64,000 nucleotides of DNA from Balanoglossus misakiensis (Eukaryota > Animalia > Hemichordata). The stretch spans positions 7,380,063 to 7,444,062 of the forward strand of contig CM082582.2 in NCBI GenBank assembly GCA_040954595.2, read 5' to 3'. The position numbers and the translations under genes were made by a program. The notes beneath the pieces were generated by a model that ran no database searches, was not told where the DNA came from, and saw nothing but the letters and a program-made list of their open reading frames with translations. This document shows, piece by piece, positions 11,760-26,700 of this stretch (position 1 is the stretch's first letter; each line of letters starts with the position of its first letter).

Positions 11760-14700
11760 CTACAGTCAAAGAGAAAGGAGATGAATCAAATATGGAAAAG
11801 ATTATTATTTCTAAGCGAACCATGGTGAAATTATTCGAGAGTGCCATCAATTGTGTCTTAAAAATCATAGATGAAATGTGTTTTTTACTGATGGCAAAAT
11901 TTTGCATTGTCCATTGATTACATCAATGTCCACTTCATCAAAACGACATCGGAAATCAACAAAAAACAAACTCGCATTTTATAGAAAAACGATGTGACAG
12001 TATTTCCGCTGACAACACTGTATCAAAGACAAACACATCCCCTCAAGTTGATCAGTACAGACCAAACACAACAGATGAACACAAAGGACTACATGAAATA
12101 GAACATGATCACTTTCCAGAACGTGCAAGTTTTAAATATAGACTACATTATACATCACAGTGATGAAGTACCATGAAGGCAAGTGCAAACAGTGTCATTT
12201 ACACAGTAACTATTTTCTGACCTTCAACAATGATCAACAGTACAACTTTACATTAAAAGTTTATCTAGACAATAAAAAATAACACTGTGAGCTCTACAAA
12301 ACAGAAAACACTGGAACATCAAGTAATGTACTGAAATGAGGAAGGAACAAACAAACAAATACATGAATGAATGAATGAAGAAACAAACTATTGAAAGAAT
12401 TAATGAACGAATGAACGAATGAATGAATGAATAAAAGAATGGTATAATAACACCCCTGGATATGAAATACATCTGTATATCACCCTTTTAGACAATGCTG
12501 TGTTGCTACTAGTGAATGTATATAGCATGTGGGGAAAGTTGGAAGATGAGGTGCACTTTACAAAATTTGGAGTGTGTGAACATGAAGACTGCCGAGTCCA
12601 AGCTTACATTACTGTTTGTCTGGGAGGAATCCTAGTTTTTAGAGTGTGGTTGGTTGGAGTGAGAGATGGGAAGAAAACCATCACTTTAAAGGTTGGCAAG
12701 TTAGGATTGTGGTTATTACGCTGCAAAAATTACCCAGCAAAGATTGGAGCTGCACACAAAAATACCTACATGAGCTACAACTGGGTGATGACATTAATCG
12801 TGTGTACAATCATTAAACAACTGCTTTGCCATTGCGTGTAAGAGACATTATACTCTGGTGTTAAAAATTCAACACTGCAGTTTCAAAAACAAATTAGGGG
12901 GAAAAAGGTGAAATTATGTAGGTGTATGCACAGTGCTAAAATATGGATTCATATAACAGAAATTTTGCATGCTATGCAAAAGTCCCTCTTATACAGCTGA
13001 TCATACCATGAACTTGATTTGGGGTTATCACATGCAGAGATTACCGTACGACCAAGATTGATAAGGAGATCAAACCAAAACTTGTTTGAGAGTTAAACCC
13101 ATTACAGTGGACGCCACTGCATCCAGTACTGTAGGGTGAATGGGAGAGTGAAAGGCTGGCCTTACCCTGGGATGCAATGGTATCTTCCGAGCAGGATGGA
13201 GTTGTGGACTGGGTGCCGTAGCCGCTGGAACACGTCTGCAGGGAATTCCGGCTGCTCTGCGAGCCGCGCCCGTCCACACTGGTGGTGCCCAGGCCGCGGG
13301 CCAGGGCCAGTGTCAGGTCAGCTGTGACATCATCGTCCCCCTCCTGGAAGTAAAAAGGTCTCTCAGGGTGAATTGTGCGGTACTGGGTATATTTTCAGTT
13401 GCAAGTATTCTTGTGTGTGTATTTGTGTGTGTGTGTGCGTGTGTGTGTGTGTGTGTGTGCACATACATCAGTCTCTTTGGTATGATATCATAGAAACCTT
13501 CGAGGAAGCTGTCGATCTGTTCGCGGATCGCCCCCGGTCATCTTCATCTGACACACCAGATTGACATACTCCAGCTTGTAGTCCCTGGTAACCACGATGT
13601 TCCTCCCATTTGGTTTTAAGTCCCTCGCTTGTGTATATGCATGTGAGAGGTAATTTTACCTATCGGAATGACAGCACTGATTTAGGATCAGCTCGACAAC
13701 CACTCCCCCTCACGCACGCTTACGTACCTGCATCTGGTTCAGCTGTTGATGAAGTCGCCTGGCGGGCACCGACAGGCTGCGATGGCGGGTGCTGCCGGGC
13801 TCCCGCACGTCCTCCCTCCTGCTGACCCTCTCCCTCAATTCCTGGGGGTTCATGTAGATGGGCTGCGGAACAACTGAGGGAGAAGAAACAAAGCACAGAG
13901 AGGGAGGGGCATTGTCAGTTGTGGCAGACAAACAGTGGTACACTCTCAGAACCCAGGGTTCACAACTCATAAAGTCACTCAAAGTTCTTGGTAGGAGGCA
14001 TCTGAGGCGAGATTGGTCACTTCTCAGAAGTGATTGTGCAGTAACATGTGCAACCACAAAAGTTCACAAGTTTTTTACACTTATTTTTATTCAATAGTTG
14101 AGTACAATTAATGCTAGCATGGTTGACAAAATCAATTTCTCAACTGTAAATTTCACTTTGGCCAAAAGTCAAGAAATTAAAAAACTTTCAAAGATTGTTT
14201 AGTGTTTTGTGTTTCCCAAACATTCAACAATGCCAAGATCTTTAAGGACTTTTCAGGAGTTTATCAACCCTGTTAAACACTGCCACCACACATAAAACAG
14301 AAGACAATCCAGTACCTATTAATGATGTTCACACAAGACAGAAAATAAAGAGATCATTAACTTTAATATGGAACAATTAAATTAAATATCATGCTTGATG
14401 TAATTACTGGTAATTTTGTTTTCAGTTTGATTACATTACAACCTAGATGAGACAACTCATGATGAAGGCGATAACTGAAATTAAGAATGACAGCGTTATC
14501 CATGAATATTCCAACACTGTGACGCGGATCCGAACTGAGCATGCTCAGTGTGCAGTACAGCTGCACCATGGGAGGATAGAAACACGCGAGTTGAAAGAAC
14601 AAGCTTTGCATTCACCATCCAATCAAGGATCGGAATGAGACTCCAAGGTGGGAGAAAACTCACAGAGACAGATGCAATGTAAATTGGACTGACTGAGGAT

Positions 14701-17700
14701 TTTTACCAGAATGACAATCTGAAAATAGGGGAAAGTGGCAGAGATGCGTAGTAGCACACACACTTCAGGGGAAGGGTGAATACCCTGTATAGGCTTGATA
14801 TGTGGTTTGTTAATGGAGGTAAGAACTTACTAGTTTGACGAATTGACGTGTAAGTTGGATTGAGAGAGATACTAGGACTAGCAGCTCTGGTACTGGACTG
14901 TACCGAATCATCAGTGTCACTAGTATCAGCTGTGAAAAACGAGTTAAAAAGACAACAACAACAAAAACAAACAGTTTACGCATTTACACAAACACAAAAA
15001 GCTACAGTCTATGCTAGCACCAACCAACACTGTCCAACGCCATACTGCCCCCTCCAAAAACAAACCAGCAACCGACAACCAAGAGAAACAGACCAAAATC
15101 TGCCCACACACCCAACCAGATCAGACCTGCCTGGCCAACACCAGCCACCATCACCTTTCATTCTTTTAGGGAATTTACAGGACTTTTCATGAGTGTATGA
15201 AACCTGCAAAATCTAGCTTGGTTACTCAGACTTAGTTCGGTGCCCAGAGAAGGTTCATGCAAAGAGGTGGAATCTGGTAAGATGCATTTTTATGTGAGCA
15301 TATTTGCTGCAATGTTGCACTGTACAGTACCGCTACACCTAACAGTGACACAACTTACTTTGATCGGGATGTGGCTGGTTGAAATCAGGGACGAACGGCG
15401 AGCCCGAGTGATACTCCTGCGCTTTGGACTTGACAGTCACGAGCGGTTTCTCCGGCAACGGGGGCCTGTTCAACGGCGCTAACGGCGGCGGAACCGACTG
15501 AGGCTTCTCTGTTTCATGGTTCGTGCTGCCCCAGTTGATCCAGGTCGGTGGCGGCGCCGGAAACAGGGCAGAGGGAGACTCCGGTGGTTTCCCGGTCACG
15601 TCGTCGGAAGAGGTCGAATCTTGGGAACCACTCTGCAGGGAAGGAAGGGAAACAATTAAACTTTATATAACACAGAGGTAACATTCGCTGATTGTATGTT
15701 CCTGCGAGTTTTGAAAGAAAGTGTACAGGGATTAAAAAATTACCGAAAATAAAGTTACACAGTGTGAGACTAGAGAAATATGACAGAACACCTTACATTA
15801 CATTACAAACAGAAGTACCAAACACAGAACCTTACATCCAGTAATATCAACATTACAAGTGTATGTAGACTGGACAACTTTCAAAACATTACACAATTTA
15901 CAACCATGGACCAGATATACGACAATTACGATCTTAAACCTTAATTCACTCGTTTCTGAGATTAACACCGATTTTCTCTGTGATAATGTTAGAGGTTTCT
16001 TTTAATTAAGATCAGCAGGTAGATAGTGTGCCATGCAATACTGAAAGCCGGCAGACCTGCAGGGCTTCCCATGCATATTGAGCTCAGTCATGTCCGAACG
16101 TTTTTCGACTTTTGTGAATTGATACGAAACTGTTACTGCGTGTGGTTACGAGGTTTGTCAAGTTGTGGTGATCTTGCAGGTAGCAACAGTAATTTTTTTT
16201 TTTTGACAACACGGCGAATTAGTACGAACACAAGTTAGTATTTTTAAAAAAGCCACTGAGAGGAAAGCCAGTGCAACCTTGGACTCCTGGGCGGTCGTCG
16301 GCGTGGTCGGTCGGAGAAACAGCGTGTCCTGCGACGTAAAGCCCGAGTCTTGCGACGAGACGCTGGAGAGACGCATTGGTGGCGGGGGCGGCTGCGACAT
16401 TGTACGGTAACGGTAATGATTGCTGGGCGAGTGCGAGTTCATTGAGCCGCTCGAACGGGAGTCAGAGCTGCAACTATTGAGGCTATTTAAGCTACACATG
16501 CTGGATTTGCGCGAGCCCACTGAGCCACCGGGCGAACTCGGAGGAGTCTGCAAACAAAACAAGATAGAGAGAAGAGACTAGAAGACTTAGGAAAAAACAC
16601 AGTAAACGCCAGCAGAGACATTGACACCACTCGGGGCGAAAAAGGACAGACTGTACATGACAAACAGATAAAGACACCACAGGCTGAAAGATAAAGTGAG
16701 ATGTCAACACAGTTCTAAGTACCGTAAAAGACAGTTGAAGAGATTCTAAGATCTTAACTTCATTTAACCTTGTGGTATTACAACTTAAAAGGAATAGCCA
16801 TTTGTACAGGAAACTAGATGCATTCATTTTTTTTAGCAAGGACTTTATAGCACAGAGTATGGCAGCCATTTTGAATTTCAAATGTTCTTTAACACCTATT
16901 CAGTTCGCCGATATTGTTAAGTACATGTAAGGAGACAGTATTAGATCTGTGAAGTCAGTCAGTGAATACAACTAATGACATGACATAAACTGGAATAGGA
17001 CAGTCAATGCGATGTTATGTTAAATGTTAGCGCTTAGACAATAAGTGAGTAAAAGACTGATGAGAATGTAAGAGTAAAATGTGGTTTTGTGTAACCTGTG
17101 TTGTGCTTTGGAATTTTTATGACAATAGACACATTCGGAAGTGGATATGATCACAGCTACAATTTGAACCAGCAGATATGTATGCTGAGAAAAGCGTCAC
17201 CATCTACCTGCATAGCCCAGTGGCATGATGCCCTTTATCTTACCTGAAAGGCAAACTTGGGTTCTTTGCCTTTGCAATCCAATATAACTTGTTCACTAGC
17301 ATCGGGTAGTGTGTACGGATCGCTGACTTGGTTGGTGATGTCTTCCATCAGACTTTGTAAATGTGTAACTTCGGTTAACATGGCTATTTCACCTTCCTGT
17401 GTGGGTGGGGAGAGAGGAGTATGACGATTAAGGCACGGTAAGTATTGCTGAATGAGACACTATCTGAATTAAACGGCAGATATTTGTCGTTATGATTTTC
17501 AGGAGATACGACAGCTCCAAACAACAGCAGAACACATGATCTGCTGGTTGGAAAAAATAGCCATGATCCAAACTTTTGTGGTGGAAAATTCAATGACACA
17601 AATGTAATTAATTATACAAGAAAGTCAGGTGACATCTAAGAGTGGACGGTCAATGAGAAAATTGAGAAAAGTTCAATGGTGTTTTTACCAATTTCTATCT

Positions 17701-20700
17701 CTTTTCTATATCACATGATCAATGGTAAAGAGTGCATGGTTAATGGAATCTCTTACTTACCACAACTGGTTTGAGAAAATTAACAAACATACAAAATCGA
17801 CTTCTCTCTTCAATCAATGCTCCCCTGACTGCATTCTTCTCAGTTTCTTCCAATATGACGTATTTATCCGTTACGTCTTGCATTGCACTGTCTAGTCGAT
17901 TTTGAACATCTGGTTTACCTGTTTGGAGAAATTCATCGCAAAAGTTACCAAGGGGGCTGGCCAAGCGATCACATCACACACACTCTTTATAATTTTCGTC
18001 ATGGACATCTCCGGCCGAAATGCTTTCATGTACAATACAAATTCCCAGGCCGGATTGGGTTGTCATATTCACATTCCCGGGCCTATCTTTACTGTGATAC
18101 GATGATCGATGAGGGACATTTACGACACAAGTCTGCAGGGTGCTCCATATGCCCAGGCATGAGATGGCGATCGACTCCTCAAGCTGATGGGAGCTCATGC
18201 AAGCTTACAGATCTACCATTTGCACAGACACAGCGATACATTGGTCAAGGCATCACATATGTAAGAAAGCGACAGCGATTTGGACATGACAACTATGACC
18301 TGCAGGACAACATGAGAGACACTTTCCAGCAAAGGCTAGTCATGACGGTAATAGATGTACATGTTAAACACGGTGACATGTTAATTAACCAAGAGCCATC
18401 TTAATAATTCGCACTAGTTATGGAAACAAAATTTCTTTCTTTTTCAAACTATGTCCGATCAGACGAAGGTTTGGTCCAGTCTTACTAACTGTACATTTAC
18501 CACAATATCTGAGCTTCCAATTTCTTTGAGGCGTATAGTTAGTGGCATGTTCTCAAGTATGGTCCGACAGGGAGGAAAAATACTAAAAATGATCAAAAGT
18601 AAAACTGTACAGCATTCAGCACATCAATTTTGGTTGTTGTTGTAAATATGACATGAAATCTACAAGTTTTCTCATCAAAAACAGGCAAAGAAACCTGATC
18701 AACTAAAATGGCCAGTTGCTGCTTTCCAAGTTCTGTTTCTCTGCACTAATGCGAATTTCTCGGCGATGACAGTATGGGGGAGGAAGTGAGGTCAATATGG
18801 AAAGACGACGTACTTAGTGTTGTTATGTTGAGGCGCACTGGTGACTCAACCTTGCCTGTGAATGGATAGGGAAACACAAAATGTATTGCTATGGAAACAA
18901 ACAATTCTCCTCTCACGGGTGTGTCATGATGGAGAGAAATGAGGAGAAAGAGACAAAGAAATAGCCGACACCTATCACCCCATATTGTTTAGTGAATGCG
19001 ACTGACCAGATCGGTTGGATTAAACCATGAATACCAAAATAGGGGTGTAAAGAGAGATTGAGTGAAAACAGGCAATCCCCATCATCCGAGTGCTTTGGTC
19101 CAACTCTTATTATTCTCAACGGCTGGCTTGAACCATAGATGAAAAAATCAGGGTGCAGTTTACAAGACCATAGGGGTGATAGGGTCAGGATTCAACACAA
19201 GTAGAGATAGAATATGAAGATTAATTATAAAGCAGTGATATTTGTGCGAGAGATTTCATCATAAGACACGAATAACCAGATTAATATACACGGACATACG
19301 TAGTCTAGCAGACAGATTAATTAATGTGATGTCAAAGTGCAAATGCAAGCTGATATGGAAATTATTCTTACCTTTCCGGGCCTTTTTCTGTAACCTCAGG
19401 GTATCTGATGACTTCTTTTTAATTTCTTGTCTAACTTTCTTGTATTCTAGTGTCATAATCAAGGAAAAAACCTCACATGAAACCATTGCTATGATTTTCT
19501 CTTATAGAAGCAAGACTGTTTTTTTACTGCTAACGGAATAATAGATAATAATGGTTGGAAGACATAGGACATATTTCTCTGTGGCACACTCATTTTACAT
19601 GTAGGTCACAGTACTCATTAATATGCACACTTACAGCTTGTGTAAATCATTAATTATTCACATTAAGGGTGATGCCAGCTATTAATTTTCATCCGGATGT
19701 CACCTTGTATGTGTTTTGGGGTTAGAATACTGTAGCTGTACTAACCCATATTCAATTTCAAACAATTGCAAGAATATACACATCATACATAGTGTCGACA
19801 AAGAGACAGGGTTGGAGCAAGCACAACTGGACCGACATACCTTTTGCATGATCCTTATCTAATTGATTGACTATTTTCTTCCACTCTTCTACTCTGTCTT
19901 GCAGTGGTACAACTAAACAATCCATTATTGAACTGAAAGTAGAAAATCATAAATTTTATAGTTAGCCATAATAATATACCACAGATATTTTTTACTATTT
20001 TTATATTTCCCTAGGGCACCGAATAACAACAACCTCTTTAATCAAAGTGATTATCCCAAATGAAATTAGGATGAAAATTTACCTTGTGAAGTTTTTCAGC
20101 TTGTGTTCAATACTCCTATGCCTCATGCACATTCTCGTCAAGGCAGAACCAATGTCTCTGGTTGAACCTGCAGAAGAAGAAAAAATATTGTGTTTTCTTT
20201 AATGGAAATATGAATTTCAGAAAGAAACGTGTAGATACATGTACTTTTCATTTATTCTTTAGCACCTTGTGCTGCCCTCTAGTGTTGAACATTGGAAATA
20301 TCGATCTGGTGTCGCCAGCCTCCATCACTCCACACTGCTGTCAATTTCATGGGTCAGGACAAACACACAAGGACAGCACAAACGACCATTTAATTGCATG
20401 TAGAAACCGAGCTGGCCAAATCGCACTCCAAGCGTCACTCTCTCAGAACGGACACATCACAAAGGCGACGGCACAAAGGAGTAAATAACTAAAATAACAT
20501 CAACATCACAATGTTACAGGAGTTGTTGAGACTGACTGGTGTCCAGTTTCCCCCTGGAATTTCTACTATGGCCCAAAGCATGAATGATAACACTGTCACT
20601 GTTAATAACCTCAGCAAAAAAATCCAATTCATCTTCAATGGCTCCATTTAGAACGAACAAAACAGAATGGCATGAGAGAGTCTCCTGGAAAATGACACTA

Positions 20701-23700
20701 TCTTGACAATGCGACTGATGGAATGGGATCGTGACCTCGCTGTATCAAAACGTTCATGACTGACGTAGATGAGCTAAGATTAGCCCAGAATGCGACAAGT
20801 CTCTCACTGGGAGATAGATATATATGTTCATGTATTTATAAAAGTATTTTTTATATCTTCATATTTTCTAGTAAGGAAATGCCAGTGCATTGTTTCAGCT
20901 CAGTCACTGTCAATCAATGTCAGTACCTAGCATATACATATATTTTGTACTATGATGATGTCAAGGTCGAATTTTAATACCGTCCACAAAAATAGAAAGC
21001 AACCTTGAACGGAGTTAGTAGAAATTCTAGGTTAATCATCGCTAAGGGGGAATATTTCACAGCGCCATTGTTAAAGATGGTACCAACACATATAGTTTGG
21101 CCTGGTCAGCATTTTCACAATATGCCAATGACCTGTGTCGAAATTCCCTGACAGCAAATGCCAAAATGCGACAGCGTGGGCATTATTCAAGGATAATGAA
21201 GCAATCACCCTGCGTTAGGCATGACAACATCACATTGGTACTGGCACTTGACTACATTTTGAATTCAATTACAAATGGCTGTGTCAATATTTGCTCCTTG
21301 CAACACAACATTACATTTCTACCATTTTAGCATACGCACACACATCTCTGCAGTTCAGTTATCTGCATGAGTGCACTTGTGTTCTAACACTGTCTACATA
21401 CATTGTCCCCTTCAAGGAGTTCTTCATCTGACAGTGTTGATGTAACCAATTAGATACATGATGGGAGATCACACGTTTACGTTTTTGTATAATTACTTGA
21501 ACAGGCTTTCGGGTTGATGCACACAAGGGCAGGCATGTCTTTGATAATTAATTGAACTGGATTTGTTTGTTGACAGTGGAAAAATAAAGAAACAAATACA
21601 ACCCTGTAATCGCAAGTGTTTTCCAACCAATAAGCTGTATAAAGAAGTCGGGATTGCTGATTGGCTAATGTGCAAATCACAACTGTCTACAACCAATCAG
21701 AATCACTGATACGTAAGCTGTATAAAATGTGTGTTGATATTTGAATGTTTTGCTACTTCTGTGTGTGTTCTTTTTTTTTTTTTTGCAATCCTGGAAATGT
21801 GTTCATCTGATAGTCACTGTGTATACTATGGCGAGAAGTACCAGAGAAAGGAATTTGAGGTCACTGTGCTTGCTCTCTGGGTTTTATTTACAGATCAAGC
21901 CGGCCGGCTGCCATGCCCTGACACTACGCTTGTATTTAGCTTATCAGACAGACTTCAGGCAGAGAAGTAAATCAAGCATGAAATAGACTGTACACTGTAC
22001 TGATTGCAAATTGTCTGTAGCAAAGTGGCCATACCCCAATATTGCCAACTTGGTGTCCAGTTGCACCAGAATTTTAATAGTTTTCCCCTCACAACAGGCA
22101 GATCGACAGTGACCTTGCAGGAACGCCGCACAGGTCAACGCCAAAGGTCGCCGAGTGTTTAGAGAAGAGAAACTGTTTCACAATGATGGTTTGAGGCTTT
22201 CCCAATACGTGACATAAACACTGACAAGGGGCCTTGGAGTTTGATTGTCATGTTGCCTGTGTGTGCATGTATTCACAGTGGACCCCGTGGTTGTCATTCA
22301 ATACATCCATCCAGGGGTTACACTGGCCATTTCTATGAAGACAATACACGAGTCAATAGCCCCATCTTCAAAAACGTCTCTGCACATTAGTATCTCAGTT
22401 AACAACCCGAACAAGTCTGAACGAGTCAGGCAGCTAGTACCCCGGATAAATCGATAGAGGGTACACCCAGTGTGGAATCTTTCCCTGCGATGTCTGGCTC
22501 TGTATGAGAAAAATCTCTACAGGACGGCCAAAATCCTCAGGAAACACCAATCTCTGTTATGTTGGCACAATGACACATCGCTGGGGCACTGAACCCACAG
22601 ACCAACCATAATTATAGAAAATTCCCCACAATTATTAAATCCAGGTTTAATTTAATAAATATTCCTGGTTCTACTTTCACGCCCTGTGGTTTGTTCAGAA
22701 ACACACAAAAACCACAATGACGTTCAAAGCAAAAGCCAGCGACACATACCACCGCCGCTTAGTCATAAATTTAATTCACAATCTTGACCAGGAATCACCG
22801 GAATTTAAACTGTCAAGGTATGGACACTTCTTGCACGGCCTCCTCCAAGGTTCACCGCAGTGCCATCAATTACCATCACTTCATTACTGCTTGGAAAACT
22901 CCACGATGTACTAACGATTTAAACGCCTCAGCATCCAGTAACACGCCTGTCTTCTGACTCCAGGGGTTCATTGCCTGCATCATTGAAGTTCCCAAACAGC
23001 TGCAACGATTGGGAGCCATTCCGTAGTTCTTACCTCACGCAGCAGTTATGCGAAACCATGGCAACAAATGATGGGGATGTCATGATGACAAATGAAACGA
23101 GCGCGAGCAGATACCGCTGACCATAACAGAATTATCAGCAACGAAATCGCTTCACTTTGCAATTGAAATAGAAGCCATATCAAGTACATGTAGGTAGCTG
23201 AGGGAAGCGCTTGGTTTGTACAGGAAGTTGTTCCATCATTTAAAAGATAAGTTCAGGTGGTGCATCCTTGTACAGGACATAGGACACACTTTACTGAACA
23301 TAAAAGGCCATCTGTCTTGGAAAATGCTTGGCGTATTTCCTCCTTATCGGCCCGATAAAGTAGTCTGATGTACAACCGCAAAAACAGTTCAGCATTAGAG
23401 TGTGCATATACTAAAAACACACTCTGTTTTACTCTTGATGCAGTAAGAAACTGGCTACGCAGGAAGAAAAATCTGCAAGCCAACTTACTCTTTCCCTAGT
23501 TGAGAAAGTTCAACAACATGAACCATCGCCAACATTGCCTGCCAAATCTACTGAGAATACACGAAATGAGGTACTTAAACAGTCTGGTAATTTCTGTTCA
23601 GAACATGTAAATTATTAATCAATTATATCAAAGGAGGTGAAAATGCCACGATGAAAATCAAATTTGAAAACTCAGTCTGCTGTATACTCAATCAGAGCAG

Positions 23701-26700
23701 GTACCAGAGGGATTAAGTACTTAATATTCAAGGGCAAACAGAGGAAGCAAATCTCAAGATAACGCTGGTGTTGAAACGAGGTTCTTCCGGTGGAAGTCTA
23801 GACACAGTTTGGGCCGACTTCAAGTCTATATACCACCAGAAAATAATTGTTAAGCATTTTTGAACCAGTGAAAGAATGAATGAATGAATGAATGAATGAA
23901 TGAATGAATGAATGAATGAATGAATGAATGAATGAATGTACAAACAAACGAAAGAAAAAATGGAACACTGCCAATATCCAAAAGAGAAGCCTTCACATTG
24001 GAATACCAATACATACAAATTGGTGCCTTGTTGCCAAGTCTAGCCTAATTGGATTAAAATCAAGCCACGAAATGAATGTACGTCATTCGCAAATTGTCTT
24101 GAGAAGTGGGTCGCGTAATTCCAAAGTACGGAGCAATCAAGCCCATTTTTCTACATCAGATTATAATTGCATATTATTCATTTGTCACCGTTGAGTACAG
24201 CTAAAAGCTGACAAATGAGGAGGGGGCTGCCAGTGTACAAACAGATTAACTGCTCACTGCTTTGCCCGATAAATTCAATCAATCTCCCCGATTAATCTTC
24301 TGAACAGGGACGCTATCCAAACACGCGTGTGATGTCAGAGAAAATATCATGTTGTTTAGATGTAGGTTGCTGTTTAGACAGAAATGCGGCAAAAACATCT
24401 CATTAACGAAATACTCCCACTGAAACAATCCACCACAGTGTCAGTAAAGAAGCCCTGACTAGTAATTTAGCAAATGTTGTGCTGACCAATCAGAGAAGCT
24501 GACCTGATGCATCAAGCAAAGGACCAATCAGGCAGGGCTACACATCAAGGCCACAGTCAGTCTCAAGGAGCTCAGGATGACTGCTAGAAGTGCTACTTGT
24601 ATTTTACAAATGAGGCCCCCTTTGCTTCAATAAATCATTCCATCCCTATAAGTGGGAAGATTGTGGTAGGTTACTGACATCGGTGGGACTGTCAGATACT
24701 TCCTTACCCACTGTCACTTTCCCTTCTTAGGGATAGTATAAAAGCTAAATTGCCTAGCGATAAACTGTTGTCCAGTTCTGTGGTATTTACATAGCAATGC
24801 CAGACAGGAAGCCAACTCACACCTCAACACAGGACTTCAGATGACTTATAACCGGCTTTATGAATTAGCAGTACTTCTCAGCAGGACAATCAAAATCCAA
24901 CTGGTGAACACCATGGGGTTATTGACCGTGAATTGAAAATGCAGTGCGTTTTGCAATCAATGAATTCGACATCTACTGTACACAGATGTGAAACTTTTTA
25001 GGTGAGAGAAAATGACATATTCGTGGTTAAGGACAGTAAACTACTAACGTAAAACTGAAATATGAGTCATAATATCTCAATTTTCGTCATTTTATCAATC
25101 ATTATGATTATGCACCTCAAATTAACTCGCATTGTTATGCACATAATAAAGAAAGAACACTGCCAGACATATTGTGCGCAAAGACTAAATGCATTACAGC
25201 TGGCCTTGGTTGTGAATCTGTAGAAGAAACATCTGGTCCGTTGGAAGGAGGGGGGGATAGGCGACAGCAAGGACAATGAAAGGAAACAGGACCATGGACA
25301 CCAGTAGTTGAATTACATGTTCTTGCATCCAGTGTTGACTATAAAGCATCATCAAACCTGCTTAATTTTAGCTTTTACGGAAGCGCACATATCCAAGTTA
25401 TGGAAACAGTCAACACAGCTGAGGTCTACAGTACTGTGAACACAGGGAGCCATTATTGCCGGACATACTGGTCTAAATAACGGTTTGCCCCCATCAGTCA
25501 GCCATGGTCGCCCTTCCGCAGATTCAATGCACTGGGAAACAGATGGAAATCGCTGGAGGAAATGGACATCCCTTCACGGCCACACAGCAACGATGTTAAT
25601 TTCATCAGTGGGGTTGATATCAATAATTTAAGCTGTGGCACACGTTCAGGAAGACTTTTTCAACCAGAGTTCCTGGTCGTCTGATATGACAATGAGAAAA
25701 TCAAACAGTGGAAGTACGTGTATGAACGTCCCAAATGTGATATGGATAACCATTAAATATGCAGGATGTCTGCAATAAATGGACTTTGACAACAATATGA
25801 TATTCGACTGCTTTTCATATAATGGTCTGCAGATGCAGATACATTTCACTGAGGCAATATTATGAACACATAATCCAAGGAAATGGTACAATCAGTCATT
25901 TCCCCTTTAATGTCGTCATCTGTACTAGTCAGAGGTGAAATGAACTCCCTCCTCCTACCACTTTCACTGCATTTAGACATTCACTCTCCCTGTACTGTTG
26001 TAACAAGGTTGATGTAACACTGGTGACGCATTTGCTTTCTCTTGTACCGGAGTTGTACAGTACATGAGTTGACAAATCTCAGCTCCCAGATTACATGTAC
26101 AATTGTACATCCATTGTTCTCGCACAGGTAACAATACAGAGCTCAACATCAATCCGGTCACCTCTGAAAAACACACGAAACAAAACATTGTTTTACGGGA
26201 AAAACAAAAGCATCGGTGCGCTATAGTTGATTACCACAAAAGACGGACACCGTTTATTTCATCGGGTGAATGCCGTGATTAGCAATTGCCCCAGGGCCTG
26301 CTTCGCTACCTGTATTTGTCATTTGTCGAATCTCATCAGTACAAGTTTGCATCAAGTGGTCGGAGAGGCCAGCCAACAAATAGAACAGGCTCTCCTCCAG
26401 GGGGCTTGAACAATTAAACAATGTAACCCCCCAGTGACAAGGTTCACCTCTCTCCCTCAATAGATGGAACGCCGGAAGTTACAATGACAGGCGTCATTCT
26501 TTTTAAAGGTCTCCAGAGTCCCACACGTACAACACAGACAGATCTGGACCATGCCCAGAAAGTGGGTTGATCGATTTCTCAGAGTTTTCCACCACTTGTG
26601 AGTGAGAGTCTCCTGTTACAAGTGCATTCAACATAGTCATAAAACATGTAACAGTTAACTGTGATATAACCTAAATTGTCCACTTTTGTTTTCGGAGGAC

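Noticed and set aside
10957-11784. 275-aa plus-strand ORF with poly-Leu
   Set aside because: Antisense shadow of the GC3-rich MTSS last exon and its polyQ
14533-14549. Perfect palindrome ACTGAGCATGCTCAGT
   Set aside because: Isolated short palindrome with no TSD or element boundaries
17883-18404. 173-aa plus-strand ORF (and 74-aa minus ORF) in MTSS intron 6
   Set aside because: No domain signature, and the nearby minus-strand acceptor leads to an early stop in phase 1
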